Assembly: GCA_964016885.1 (NCBI GenBank)
Contig: OZ024740.1
Span: 116,436,001-116,500,000 of the forward strand
DNA: 64,000 bases
DNA from: Eledone cirrhosa
Taxonomy: Eukaryota
Reading direction: 5' to 3'
In this document: piece by piece, positions 40,010 through 50,911 of the stretch
Numbering within the stretch: the stretch's first letter is position 1
How the letters are laid out: each line of letters starts with the position of its first letter
Translations under genes and position numbers: made by a program
The notes under the pieces: generated by a model
Database searches by the model: none
The model's input: only the letters and a program-made list of their open reading frames with translations
What the model was told of the DNA's origin: nothing

Positions 40010-40186
40010 TGTCAGCAGGTGCGTGTTCTGTGTAGTTCTTTGTTGTAAGGAGATTGATTCAGTTGCCAGCTGAGTCAAAGTATGATTGCGTGCATCCGTC
40101 ACATATTGGTCGCGTCAGTGCGCTTCAGCATTTCGCGCAATCCACATGTATCGCTACAATTCTTTCATCGTTTAAAACAGGTTAGT
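40010..40186 (+). promoter_or_regulatory. Candidate promoter / non-coding first exon
   Basis: Non-repetitive CpG-rich patch in CpG-poor surroundings; TGAGTCA 40071; reverse CCAAT ~40105; CAG|GTTAGT donor-like site at 40180/40181. Confidence 0.3.
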
Positions 40187-40564
40187 ATTGCTTTACTACT
40201 TTCAATATCTCAAAGTTTTTTTCTTCCCGCGAATGTTTTCTTTTAATTTTTAAACAGTCGTTCCTGTCTTTTACTCCATTTTTTTAACTTTTCTTCTTAA
40301 CCATACCATTTTTTCCCTTTTAGAATACTAGTTCACATAATTAAAGTAGTTGGAGTGTTATAATGACTAGGACATTACATACACATTATTTATATTAGAA
40401 GTAACCCATTGAAAACGAAAACAGCTAATTTGCTTAAATGTAAACAACCTATCTATGTGACGCTCTTTTGCAGCAAGAAGGGGGTGGGTCAGTGTTTTCG
40501 TTAGTGTAAATAAAGTTGTCTTTTTTTTACATAGGCCCGATACCTCGTTTACTAGTGAGCCAGA

Positions 40565-41160
40565 CAGAGACCTTTGATGTGGTCACTCGACATGTTAGAA
40601 ATAGCAACCAAATGTCCTTTAAATTATATCCTACTGTCTTAAAAAAGGAAAAGAGGCGTTATGTAACTGATCTTTCTACATAAAAGAAAGGTGACATGGT
40701 CACGGCTAAAATGCTTTTGCTCATAGGTCTGCTCAGTCTGAGTTGACGTAGGGGTAAACAACAGCAACCTCATATTTATCAGCGAGCCAGCCTCAATGTG
40801 ACCGCGCAACTTGTTAGAAATAGCAGCCAAATTTCCTTCTAATCATATCCTACTATCATTAAAAAGAAAGGCACGCATAAATGATCCTATATACCAAGTA
40901 AAATAAAATATAAACTGGATGGTTACGGCTAATCATAGGTCTGCTTGGTCAAAGTTGACCCGTGGCTAAATAAAAACAGCAACCTCATTCATGTTTACCA
41001 CCGAACCTCTATGTAATCGCTCGAAATGCTAAATCTAGCAGCCGAAATTCTTGCAAATTACATACCTGATTATCTTAAAAGGACGGTTTGGTCATCGTTT
41101 GAATGCTTTTGATCCTGTCTGTTCAATTAGGGTGTACTAAAGGCTAAGCCACAATAATCT
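40565..41160 (+). repeat. Three diverged tandem copies of a ~200-bp dispersed repeat
   Basis: TAGAAATAGCARCCAAAT...GGTCACGGCT...CATAGGTCTGCT...GCTAAAC recurs three times; fragments elsewhere. Confidence 0.7.
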
Positions 41161-43129
41161 CATATTCATAATAGAAGAGCAATATGCTATTTTACTTTTA
41201 TAAAAGATAATAGTGACTGGTTATTTATTTACATATAAAAGCAATTTATATATTTGTAAAAGAAACGCATCAATAGAAATTAATCAGAAGAAAAAAACAC
41301 CCAACAAATAAAGACCCCCCCCCCCCCCAGTTTTGTAATGGGGGATGCTGGCGTTTCCTTCTAAGAATTACTTGAATTTGAAATGGTTATAATTGAAAAT
41401 TGAAACCTTGGTTGCGAACTCATTTTACCGATAGCTTCAATGTAATAACAAAGGGAGAATGACCATAGTAATTTTCGTTCTGATTGAAAACGACCCCCCC
41501 CCCCCACACACACACACATTTTAAAAAAGAAATCAAAGAATTAATCTAATTGATACCTTTTCATAGATAACAAACTCCCAAAAGGTTGGATATTATCCTA
41601 GCAGGCACGAACAGTAATAGATCACTTCACTCTATCAATTACTCATAGTTCTAAACCATTCACTCCATTTCGTTAGCATTGGAAACAGTTCTTATTCTTT
41701 CTTTATTTTGATTCTATATATCCTTCTTCTAACAACGATAAAAACAAACGGAAACAAAGAAGTAAATATATAAATAATGATCTTTTTTTCTTTTTCTTTT
41801 CCTTATTATAAACGAAGCAATTTGGAGACATCGCTTTTGATATTTTGAAAAGTTTTGTAGGTTTTTTTCATTAGTTTTTGTTTATGTACTCTAGCGTGTA
41901 TAATATATTTTCCCAGTAACTAAATTCGCTCATTAAACAATGAATTTATTATTTTTCTAATAATGTATGTATTTTTAAAAAATAGTATTAGATATATAAA
42001 TGAAATGTAATAGGGAATCGAGATACCAGACAGACCAATTCTTTAAACAAAATTCTACAGCATTGCCATATTAATAATTCATTCTATGAAATGTGATATT
42101 TAAGGGTAGTAAAGGGGGACTTATGATACTCTTATGGCATTGGTTACGCAAACTAAGTGACGTGGTTCTTCTAAGAAACAAAACTGGCTTGTGGACTTCG
42201 CTTTCTGGGAGGTTATAGTAGTCAGCAAAAATAATTCCTTTGTATTTTAGAGGGTCATTTCATACAAATTCTTATTCACATTTGACACCGAATTTTTCAA
42301 TGTTTTCTTTTACTTATTTGTGCTGGAATTCTGGGAGCTGGAGATTTTGTTTTTCTTTGATTGCTAAATGACTTTCCAACCTAAACAATTTTGTAATTGA
42401 GTGGGAATTTTATATATTTGGCTGTTATGTAACGTAATGATATTCTAATCAACTGTGATAAAAGAAAAGGAAAGGTGATATGATGCAGCTTTTTTTAACA
42501 CCTGATTTTATCACAAAGGATTCCAGCATGGGCATTATTATGATGGTGAACTAGGCAGCCGCTTAAAGCACAAACCTCAGAGGTGCATTACAGAACCTTA
42601 AAATATCAGTTTTATACAAATTTATATAATTGAATTAAATATATGATAATTTCCTTTGATCAATAAATAAATTGTTAAACATCTTTGCAGTGTACCAACT
42701 TTGGGGAATCTCCAAAGTGGTGGAGAGGCTTGTATGATATTATGATCTGTCACATGATTTGGTGGGGGTAAGTGTAGACTGTGTAGGGGAAAATGCAGGC
42801 TTAGTAATTTTCTTAGTGTGGCTAGAAAAAACTGGTTTTTTTTTCAGCTTACCAAATTGTAGATTGAAACTATTTTAGTTGGAAGATGGCACACATTGTC
42901 AGCAAGCCTGGAATTCTAACTAGACAGGTGCCAGCTCTGGCGCTGTCTAATGTCATTTTGCACTCAAATGTTTATAGTTGTTGATAAAATATATGATTTA
43001 CACTCAATTTTCTCCATAGGCCGTCATGATAATCATTATCAAATTACATTTTTTTAAGTCAATATATATTGACATATAAAAATACTGTTTAATATTGTTA
43101 TGTATAATTTGTAAAGTTTTAATCAGAAA

Positions 43130-43490
43130 GAACTACACCTATAACATTTGTAGGCTCTTTGACATTGGTCAAATTGAAACAGTTGATTGCTCAGCTTCAA
43201 CACCTGCATGTTGATATCTGCAAGAGAAATGTGGGCAGGGAAGGACTTCCAGTGTGTTGACATTTTGGGGAGGTAGGATAGTGGTAGGTGCTGTGTCTGG
43301 GAGAGGAGCCACAAAATGGGTGGTTTGGGGTAGAGGTAGATTGCAACAAGCAGGTTCTGAGGAGCTGAGACCATTGTAGTAGAGGTAGAGGAAACAGTGA
43401 GGAAAAACACATCTGTGAGCCACAGATTGTGTGTTTGTGTAGCAGCAGCAGCATTCTTTCCAGGGTGAGAGCAGTATTCCATTGTGGATC
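43130..43490 (-). mobile_element. Decayed L2/CR1-group LINE 3' fragment
   Basis: RSTMEYCSH and LYLYYNG..SSE motifs typical of the post-RT region. Confidence 0.55.
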
Positions 43491-44056
43491 TTAACACTTT
43501 AGCATTTTAACCGGCCATGTCCAGCCAGAATTCTCTCGCCTCTTTCTGTTCAAACCAGCTGTAACTGGCCACTCATACTGATGTTAAATAAATAATATCA
43601 AAATCTCATAGATTTGATATTATGTGAGGTGAAGCCTTTACCATAGAAATATAATTGTTTCTACTTTTGGCACAGGGGCAGCAATTACCCAGTGCATTAC
43701 TGGTACTTTATTTTATCGACTCCGTAAGGATGAAAGGCAAAGTTAACCTCGGCGGGATTTGAACTCAGAATGGCAAGGGCCGTAACTCTATGCGTCAAAA
43801 CAAGGCATCCAAACTTCTACCGATACTGCCAATCCACCACCCACAATTATTATTGATAATAATAATGATATCCTTGTTAACCACAAAGGGCTTACATCAA
43901 GAAAAACCTGACGGAACAGGACGAAAACATAGAGAATGTGTGATTTGAACTCAGAATGGCAAGGGCCGTAACTCTATCCGTCAAAGCATGGTGTCCAACC
44001 TTCTACCGATACTGCCAAATAGTAAATATAGAGTAATGTAAATGCTAAAGGGTTAA
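43491..44056 (+). mobile_element. TTAA MITE containing nested family A SINE sequences (43652-44018)
   Basis: TIRs at both ends; SINE in minus orientation after ACCATAGAAATATAAT. Confidence 0.85.
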
Positions 44057-44554
44057 TCAAGCTTTTGTAGAGGGTCTGGTATTCTTACAATTCTGTCATT
44101 CCACCACCCTAAACTGTTACTTTATTTATTGATTCTGAAACAATGAAAGGCAAAATTGATAGAATTTGAATTCAGAATTCAAAAAGCTAGAAAATATATT
44201 GCAAGGCAATTTGTTTGATCTTCTGTTAATTTGTTGTCTATGCTAAGACAAGTAGAATTATGTGATCTGCCTGAAGATAAGTTATAAAATAATGCTATAC
44301 ACTGAATCATGGCATAAAACTCTATAAAAACACGAAACAGTAACATCTGACATGACATAGAATGATTGCTATGTTTATTCAAATGTTGTGCTACAAGGCA
44401 GAATGAAATAGAACAATAATTAGATTTCCAATTTAAAAAAACCAGAAGTGATTCTATACATTGATTTTTCTTAGTGGTAATACGCAACCGTGCTTCTTTT
44501 TTTATTGTTCTGTTATTGCATGAGAATTGTGGTGCACAATAGAAAATTGGATTA

Positions 44555-44700
44555 GTCTGGCCTTGTTGTGGTGAGGGGGCTTGTGTGTTTTGTAAATCTG
44601 AGAGAGCAGTACCGTCTGGAGCTTTGCTCCTGGTAGGGCCACTCTAGGTGGGCCGGTCTCCTTGGGAGGTTCCAGACCAACCCCTGCATGCCCCCCAACC
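44555..44700 (+). mobile_element. RTE-like 5' end remnant
   Basis: CCTTGTTGTGGTGAGGGGGCTTG...TAGGGCCAC resembles conserved RTE 5' segments (from memory). Confidence 0.45.
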
Positions 44701-44908
44701 AATGAGAAATTGACTTACACTACAAAATTTGTGTTGCCACATGGTATGTCCAGTCACCTTCACCCTGGAACAGCCACTCTGCTGTCCCAAGTGCTAAGTG
44801 CTATCCCACTACATCACACTGGCCTGGCAGTGGTGAATTCATTACAGGAAACCACTGCCTCATCTGGAGTGGCCCTGAGGACTGTGCCAAAAGTAGAAAC
44901 AATTATTA

Positions 44909-45530
44909 TTGGCACAAGGCCAGCAATTATCCAGTACATTACTGGTACTTTATTTTATCGACTCCGTAAGGTGAAAGGCAAAGTTAACCTTGGCGGGATT
45001 TGAACTCAGAATGGCAAGGGCCGTAACTCTATGCATCAAAGCAAGGCATCCGACCTTCTACCGATACTGCCAATCCACCACCCACAATTATTATTGATAA
45101 TAATAATGATATCCTTGTTAACCACAAAGGGTTTACATCAAGAAAAACCTGACGGAACAGGACGAAAACATAGAGAATGTGTGTATGAGTATGTGTTGAT
45201 GTGAGGTCTTGTGTGTAAACAAATTTTAACAATGTTAACAAAGAAAGATAACAATAAAAATTAAAACAAAGGGGATTCCTCAATAGAGACATTCGAGGCT
45301 TACTCATGGAAGAAAACCCCATAAAAACATGGGTACCCTGATCTATAATAAATGTGTCTACTTTTGGCACAAGGCCAGCTATTACCCAGTGCATTACTGG
45401 TACTTTATTTTATCGACCCCGTAAGGATGAAAGGCAAAGTTAACCTCAGCAGGATTTTAACTTAGACCGTAAAGGGCCTTAACTCTATGCTGCAAAGCAT
45501 GGCGTCCGACCCTCTACCGATACTGTCAAT
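44909..45530 (-). mobile_element. Two family A SINEs (44909-45082, 45353-45530) flanking a spacer
   Basis: Match to the family A consensus. Confidence 0.8.
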
Positions 45531-45841
45531 AATAATAATAATAACAACATTAATAATAATAGAACAAGGGGCTGGCAGAATCATTATTGCTTTGAGTTTA
45601 ACTTTACTTTTCATCCTTCTGGGGTTGATAGAATAAAGTACCTCTTCCTGTACCTATGCTAGAAAATAAAACCATTATTTTTATAATTAGTTATATTTTT
45701 AGTGCATATCATCACTGTATCACTGGGCATTGTCTTTGATATGTGCAGTTTGTTTGTGTTTGTATTGCACTGGGTAATAGCTGGCCTTGTGCCAAAAGTA
45801 GACACATTTATTATAGATCAGGGTACCCATGTTTTTATGGG

Positions 45842-46115
45842 TCTTTCTAATGTGTGTACAGTGCCTAGTAGTACTATTTTCTGTATGCTGTATATATTTG
45901 TAAGTTCTTGGGTTGTAGTTGTGTATCTGTTTGTGTGGTCTTTCTATCAATCCCAGAGCACTTATTATTATAGGGATTGTTTTATCTGTTTGATGGATAA
46001 TCCACATTTAGGTTATTTCTATTTCCAGATCTTTATATTTGGATAGTCTCTCCATTTCCTTTATAGATATATTGTCATCTGTGGGGATAGATACATCAAT
46101 TAGAAGACATTATTT
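45842..46115 (-). pseudogene. R4/Dong-like non-LTR retrotransposon RLE fragment
   Basis: CLLIDVSIPTDDNISIKEMERLSKYKDLEIEIT*MW...TIPIIISALG...IQKIVLLGT. Confidence 0.8.
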
Positions 46116-46120
46116 TGTAG

Positions 46121-46335
46121 GATTGGCAGTATTGGTAGAGGGTCGGACTCCATGCTTTGCAGCATAGAGTTACGGCCCTTTATGATCTGAGTTCAAATCC
46201 CGCCTAGGTTAACTTTGCCTTTCATCCTCACGGGGTCGATAAAATAAAGTATCAGTCATGCACTGGGGTCGATTTAATCGACTTTCCCCTTCCCAAAGTT
46301 ATTGGCCTTGTGCCTATATAAGAAACCATTATTTC
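46121..46335 (+). mobile_element. SINE family A
   Basis: A and B boxes plus core. Confidence 0.8.
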
Positions 46336-47564
46336 TTTGTTGTTATTGTTATTATTATTATAATAAAATAAATAAAAATAAATAAATAAAATAAATAATA
46401 AATAAATTAAATAAATTAAATAAATAAATAATAAATAAATAAATAAACCATTGTTAGATGGTATGGTATAGAACAGAGATGCTAAAACTTTTGGGGCCAC
46501 CGTCCCCTTAACAGCCACGTAATGCCCTCAGCACCGCCCCCCCCCATTTCCAGAAAGACCTACCTACACCCAAATTGTAAATAATATATAATTAAAATCA
46601 TTAATTTATATATAATAAATAATATAGTGTATGTATAATGTATGTATAATATATGTATAAATAAATATATTTTTTTATTTTACTATATTTATATATAATA
46701 TGTATCATTTGTGATATTCAATATATTATTGAATCATCTCTACTGTCCCACCCCACCGCCCCCTTAGGACCCAGCGCCCCTCTGGACCTTCTCAACACTC
46801 CCCGGATGGCAGTAGCGCCCACTTTGAGAACCTCTGGTATAGAAGAAAAGGGTGTGCTCATGGCCTTTGAGGCCCACTCAGACGAGTGAAATTAACACAG
46901 TTGATGTTACATTTTATAAAATACATTTTCCTATTTTTATTAAAGGAATTGTTTTTACAACTTGATAACATCCCACTCCTCATCTGCCAATGTTGAAGCT
47001 AAAATGGAACCAGTTTTTAATTAGTCAAAAAAACAAGATCATTTAACCCTTTTGATATATATTTAAAAAAAATCCTCTGGTTCTGTAAAACAAAATCATC
47101 TATTTTAAAGGGTTCCTATTGAAATAAAAATAATTTCATACAAGTAATATATGTTATGTTATTATCTTAGCATAAAAATCATATGACAAGATGTCAGACC
47201 TCCTTCGTTTACCGTGTGGGCGTGGACCTCATCAAATCCTCAGTTTTAGGTGGTTTGGTATCAATAGGATGTGTGGAAGTCTTGTGGGTATATTGCAGGG
47301 ATGATGGCTTGTTAATAGGAGTGTTATAAGTAACAGATGGTTAGTTGATGAGTCAAAGGAGGCACAAGGAGCAAGCATATAGCTGTCAGCTTTATTAACT
47401 TGCTACTCGGGGTGCCAGTAGATATTGACATAAGGAATTTTGTTGGTTTACAATATTGAGATCATATTGTTGCAAACAAGAATAGAAGAGGGTGAAATAT
47501 TTAACAGGGGCCACGGTATATGTGTGTTTATGATAAAAGGAAGCATGTGCTCATACACACATAA

Positions 47565-47611
<47 letters not shown>

Positions 47612-47894
47612 ATATTATATATATATGTGTATATTATATATATATATATATAAAAAAAATACTCACAGTCCACGAAATAATGTGGCCGTGTAGGTAACAC
47701 GGTAAAAAGTTCCCAGTTCCACACTGTAAATGTGGTTGGTGTTAGGAAGGTCATCAAGCCGTAGAAAGCCTGCCAGATAGTCCTATATGAGCGAGACACG
47801 GTCACCTGACCAACCTTGCCTCAAGTGGCACAACTCCCGTCTAACCCATGCTAGCATAAAAGATGGACGTTAAACGATGATGATGATGATGATC

Positions 47895-48227
47895 ATCATC
47901 ATCATTTCATTTTATGTCCGCTTTTTCCCTGCTTTCAAGGGTGGGACGGGAACTGATTCTGGCTTGATTTCTACAGCTGGATGCCCTTCCTAACACCAAC
48001 CTCATTTACAGTGAGTGCTGGGTGCTTTTTTTCTGTGGCACCTCCACGACCACTTTGCAGTGGAATGATATGGACCCCAGTCCCTATCATCTCATCTCTA
48101 CAGCTGAGTAAACTGGAGCAATGTGAAATAAAGTGTCTTGCTCAAGGAAACAACACATCACCCGGTCTGTCTCACAACCTTTCGATTGCAAGGCCAATGC
48201 TCTAACCACTAAGCCATGTGCCTCCAT
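47895..48227 (-). mobile_element. SINE family B, full length
   Basis: Reverse complement of 48574-48915; (GAT)n tail. Confidence 0.85.
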
Positions 48228-48344
48228 GATATATATATATATATATAGTGGTGGAACACTGGAAGGTAATATCCGTAGTGGTGGAGCACTCAGTCCAAGG
48301 GACGAGTTAGGTAGAAGTGGTTACACAACAGTTAGTTCACCATA

Positions 48345-48384
48345 CCGAGAACAATTGTTTCACCTTCGCGGATCTTCAGCTTAG
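48345..48384 (-). ncRNA. Minimal type I hammerhead, mirror copy with weakened stem I
   Basis: Minus strand reads CTAAG CTGAAGA TCCGCGAAGGT GAAA CAATTG TT CTCGG. Confidence 0.6.
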
Positions 48385-48439
48385 GATATGTGTATGGTTA
48401 TAGGAACAGGAAGGACAACCCTATAACCATACACATATC

Positions 48440-48479
48440 CCGAGCTGAAGATCCGCGAAGGTGAAACAATTGTTCTCGG
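48440..48479 (+). ncRNA. Minimal type I hammerhead ribozyme
   Basis: CCGAG CTGAAGA T-CC-GCGAA-GG-T GAAA CAATTG TT CTCGG; stem I 5 bp; palindromic ACAATTGT stem III; GUU triplet ending 48474. Confidence 0.75.
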
Positions 48480-48509
48480 TATGGTGAACTAACTGTTGTG
48501 TAACCACTT

Positions 48510-48542
<33 letters not shown>

Positions 48543-48573
48543 CAATCATGTGCCTCCATGATATATATATATA

Positions 48574-48915
48574 TGGAGGCACATGGCTTAGTGGTTAGAG
48601 CATTGGGCTTGGAATCGAAAGGTTGTGAGTTCAATTCTCAGACCGGGTGATGTGTTGTTTCCTTGAGCAAGACACTTTATTTCACATTGCTCCAGTTTAC
48701 TTAGCTGTAGAAATGAGATGATAGGGACTTGGGCCCCTATCATTCCACTGTAAAGTGGTCGTGGAGGTGCCACGGCAAAAAAGCACCCAGCACTCACTGT
48801 AAAGGAGGTTGGTGTTAGGAAGGGCATCCAGCTGTAGAAATCAAGCCAGAATCAGTTCCCGTCGCACCCTTGCAAGCAGGGAAAAGTGGACGTAAAATGA
48901 AATGATGATGAATGA
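48574..48915 (+). mobile_element. SINE family B, full length
   Basis: tRNA-like head, CORE-like block, GGAAGGGCATCCAGCTGTAGAAA tail. Confidence 0.85.
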
Positions 48916-48937
48916 TGATATATATCATGTGCCTCCA

Positions 48938-48970
<33 letters not shown>

Positions 48971-49049
48971 TATATATTTGTAAATGATATATATATGGAT
49001 ATATCAATTGATAAACAAACTAGTATTTTGTACATATTTATGCAATAGA

Positions 49050-49235
49050 TATAACAAAGAGGGTGTGGTAAGATACCAGGTGTACCATAACACACCAGAG
49101 TACTGGATACTTAGGGTAGTAGAGGGGGTAATATGAAAAGAGTCAGGACCCCAACGGCTGAGCTCCGGCTGTTTCGACAGATCTAGCTGTCGAAACGGCG
49201 GGAGCTCAGCCATTGGGGTCCTGACTCTTTTCATA
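49050..49235. mobile_element. Foldback element (arms 49132-49180 / 49187-49235); same family at 19947-20095
   Basis: Inverted repeat with ATCTAG loop; flank matches the reverse complement of 20000-20090. Confidence 0.75.
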
Positions 49236-49253
49236 CATAGTATATATATGTAT

Positions 49254-49590
49254 GGAGGCACATGGCTTAGTGGTTAGAGCATTGGGCTTGCAATCGAAAG
49301 GTTGTGAGTTCAATTCTCAGACTGGGTGATGTGTGGTTTCCTTGAGCAAGACACTTTATTTCACATTGCTCCAGTTTACTCAGCTGTAGAAATGAAATGA
49401 TGGGACTGGGGTCCATATCATTCCACTGCAAAGTGGTCGTGGAGGTGCCAAGGCAAAAAAGCACCCAGCATTCACTGTAAATAAGGTTGGTGTTAGGAAG
49501 GGCATCCAGCTGTAGAAATCAAGCCAGAATCAGTTCTCGTCCACCCTTGCAAGCAGGGAAAAGTGGACGTAAAGTGATGATGATGATGAA
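49254..49590 (+). mobile_element. SINE family B, full length
   Basis: Near-identical to 48574-48915. Confidence 0.85.
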
Positions 49591-49754
49591 TGTTTATGTT
49601 CAAAAGTTCAAAATCCAAAAGTTATGTATGCATGTATAACCATTGAGAAAATATATATTTTAACACATAAGTTTAAGCATAGAATGTTGGCTTTTACCCT
49701 TTCACAAGATCTTCAGAAACTGAGATAATTTATAATCTGTGGATGCAGATATGT

Positions 49755-50115
49755 CATCATCATCATCATCACCATTTTACATCCGTTCTTCCACGCTAGC
49801 ATGGGTTAGACGGGTTGTCCTGTTGTGAGCAGTGTCTGGTTGGCTGACCCTGCACTGCTCATATGGGAACTGACTCTGGCTTGATCTCCACAGCTGGATG
49901 CCCTTCCTAACACCAACCCCACTTACAGTGAGTGCTGGGAGCCTTCTCCTCCATGGCGCCCACACGTCCACCCCACAGTGTGGGCTGAGTGCTCTTCTGC
50001 CGTGGCACCTCCACGACCACCTAGCAGTGGAATGATATGAACCCCAGTCCTACCATCTCATTTCTACAGCTGAGTAAACTGGAGCAATGTGAAATAAAGT
50101 GTTTTGCTCAAGACA
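49755..50115 (-). mobile_element. SINE family B, 5' truncated
   Basis: Match to core and tail. Confidence 0.75.
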
Positions 50116-50696
50116 CTGTATTTCATATGTGAACGTATTAATTCATTCTTTACTCGCAACTGTAGGGGCGCTGTAGTGACATACAGCATTGCTTAGACTC
50201 TCTTTAAACCTAGTGGAGCCCATCTCCTCTCTAGGTATGAACACAGCTGATTTCTTCTAGAGAAGTCAGATATATATAGATATATATATATAGAGGAAGA
50301 ATCGATCTCAGTACTAGACTGGTACTTTTTTTTTATCAACCTCGAAAGGATGAAAGGCAAAATAGTAGGATTTGAACTCAGAGTGCAGAGAGCTGAAACG
50401 AATACCTCTGAGCATTCTATTTGATGTTCTAATGACTTTAACAATTCGCTGCCTATATTAGAGGTGTTAAAATACCAGAATATTTTAGTGTTTCTCACTT
50501 ATTATTTTTTTTTGTGTGTAAGTATATGTGTGTGGGGCTTGTCTCTAGAGCTCCGTAGTCCCTGGTTAAAGAAGTAGAATATTGTTTTAATATTATCATT
50601 TGAAATTTTAGGATCTCTGTCTTGTCAGTTATCTGTCCATACAGAGTATGAACAGAAAGCTATGGAGTAATGTAATGATGAAAGATATAATGTAAT

Positions 50697-50911
50697 GACT
50701 GTATGGTAATAATTGTTTCTACTTTAGGCACAAGGCCAGCAATTACCCAGTGCATTACTGGTACTTTATTTTATCGACCCCGTAAGGATGAAAGGCAAAG
50801 TCAACCTCAGCGGGATTTGAACTCAGATCGTAAAGGGACGTAACTATGCTGGAAAGCATGGCATCCGACCCTCTACCGATACTGCCAATCCACCGACTGT
50901 ATGGTAATAAT
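50697..50911 (-). mobile_element. SINE family A with target-site duplication
   Basis: GACTGTATGGTAATAAT at 50697-50713 and 50895-50911. Confidence 0.9.

Larger units (their letters stand above)
48312..48512. repeat. Near-perfect inverted repeat (93-bp arms, 15-nt loop) with a hammerhead on each strand
   Basis: 48312-48404 vs 48420-48512, two mismatches. Confidence 0.92.

Noticed and set aside
42879-42927. Possible coding exon AAG-ATG MAHIVSKPGILTRQ
   Set aside because: Weak donor (GTGCCA), no recognisable homology, no downstream exon found
49170-49212. Intact hammerhead in the 49.1-kb foldback
   Set aside because: GAAAC follows a hairpin, but there is no CTGANGA and no UH triplet closing stem III
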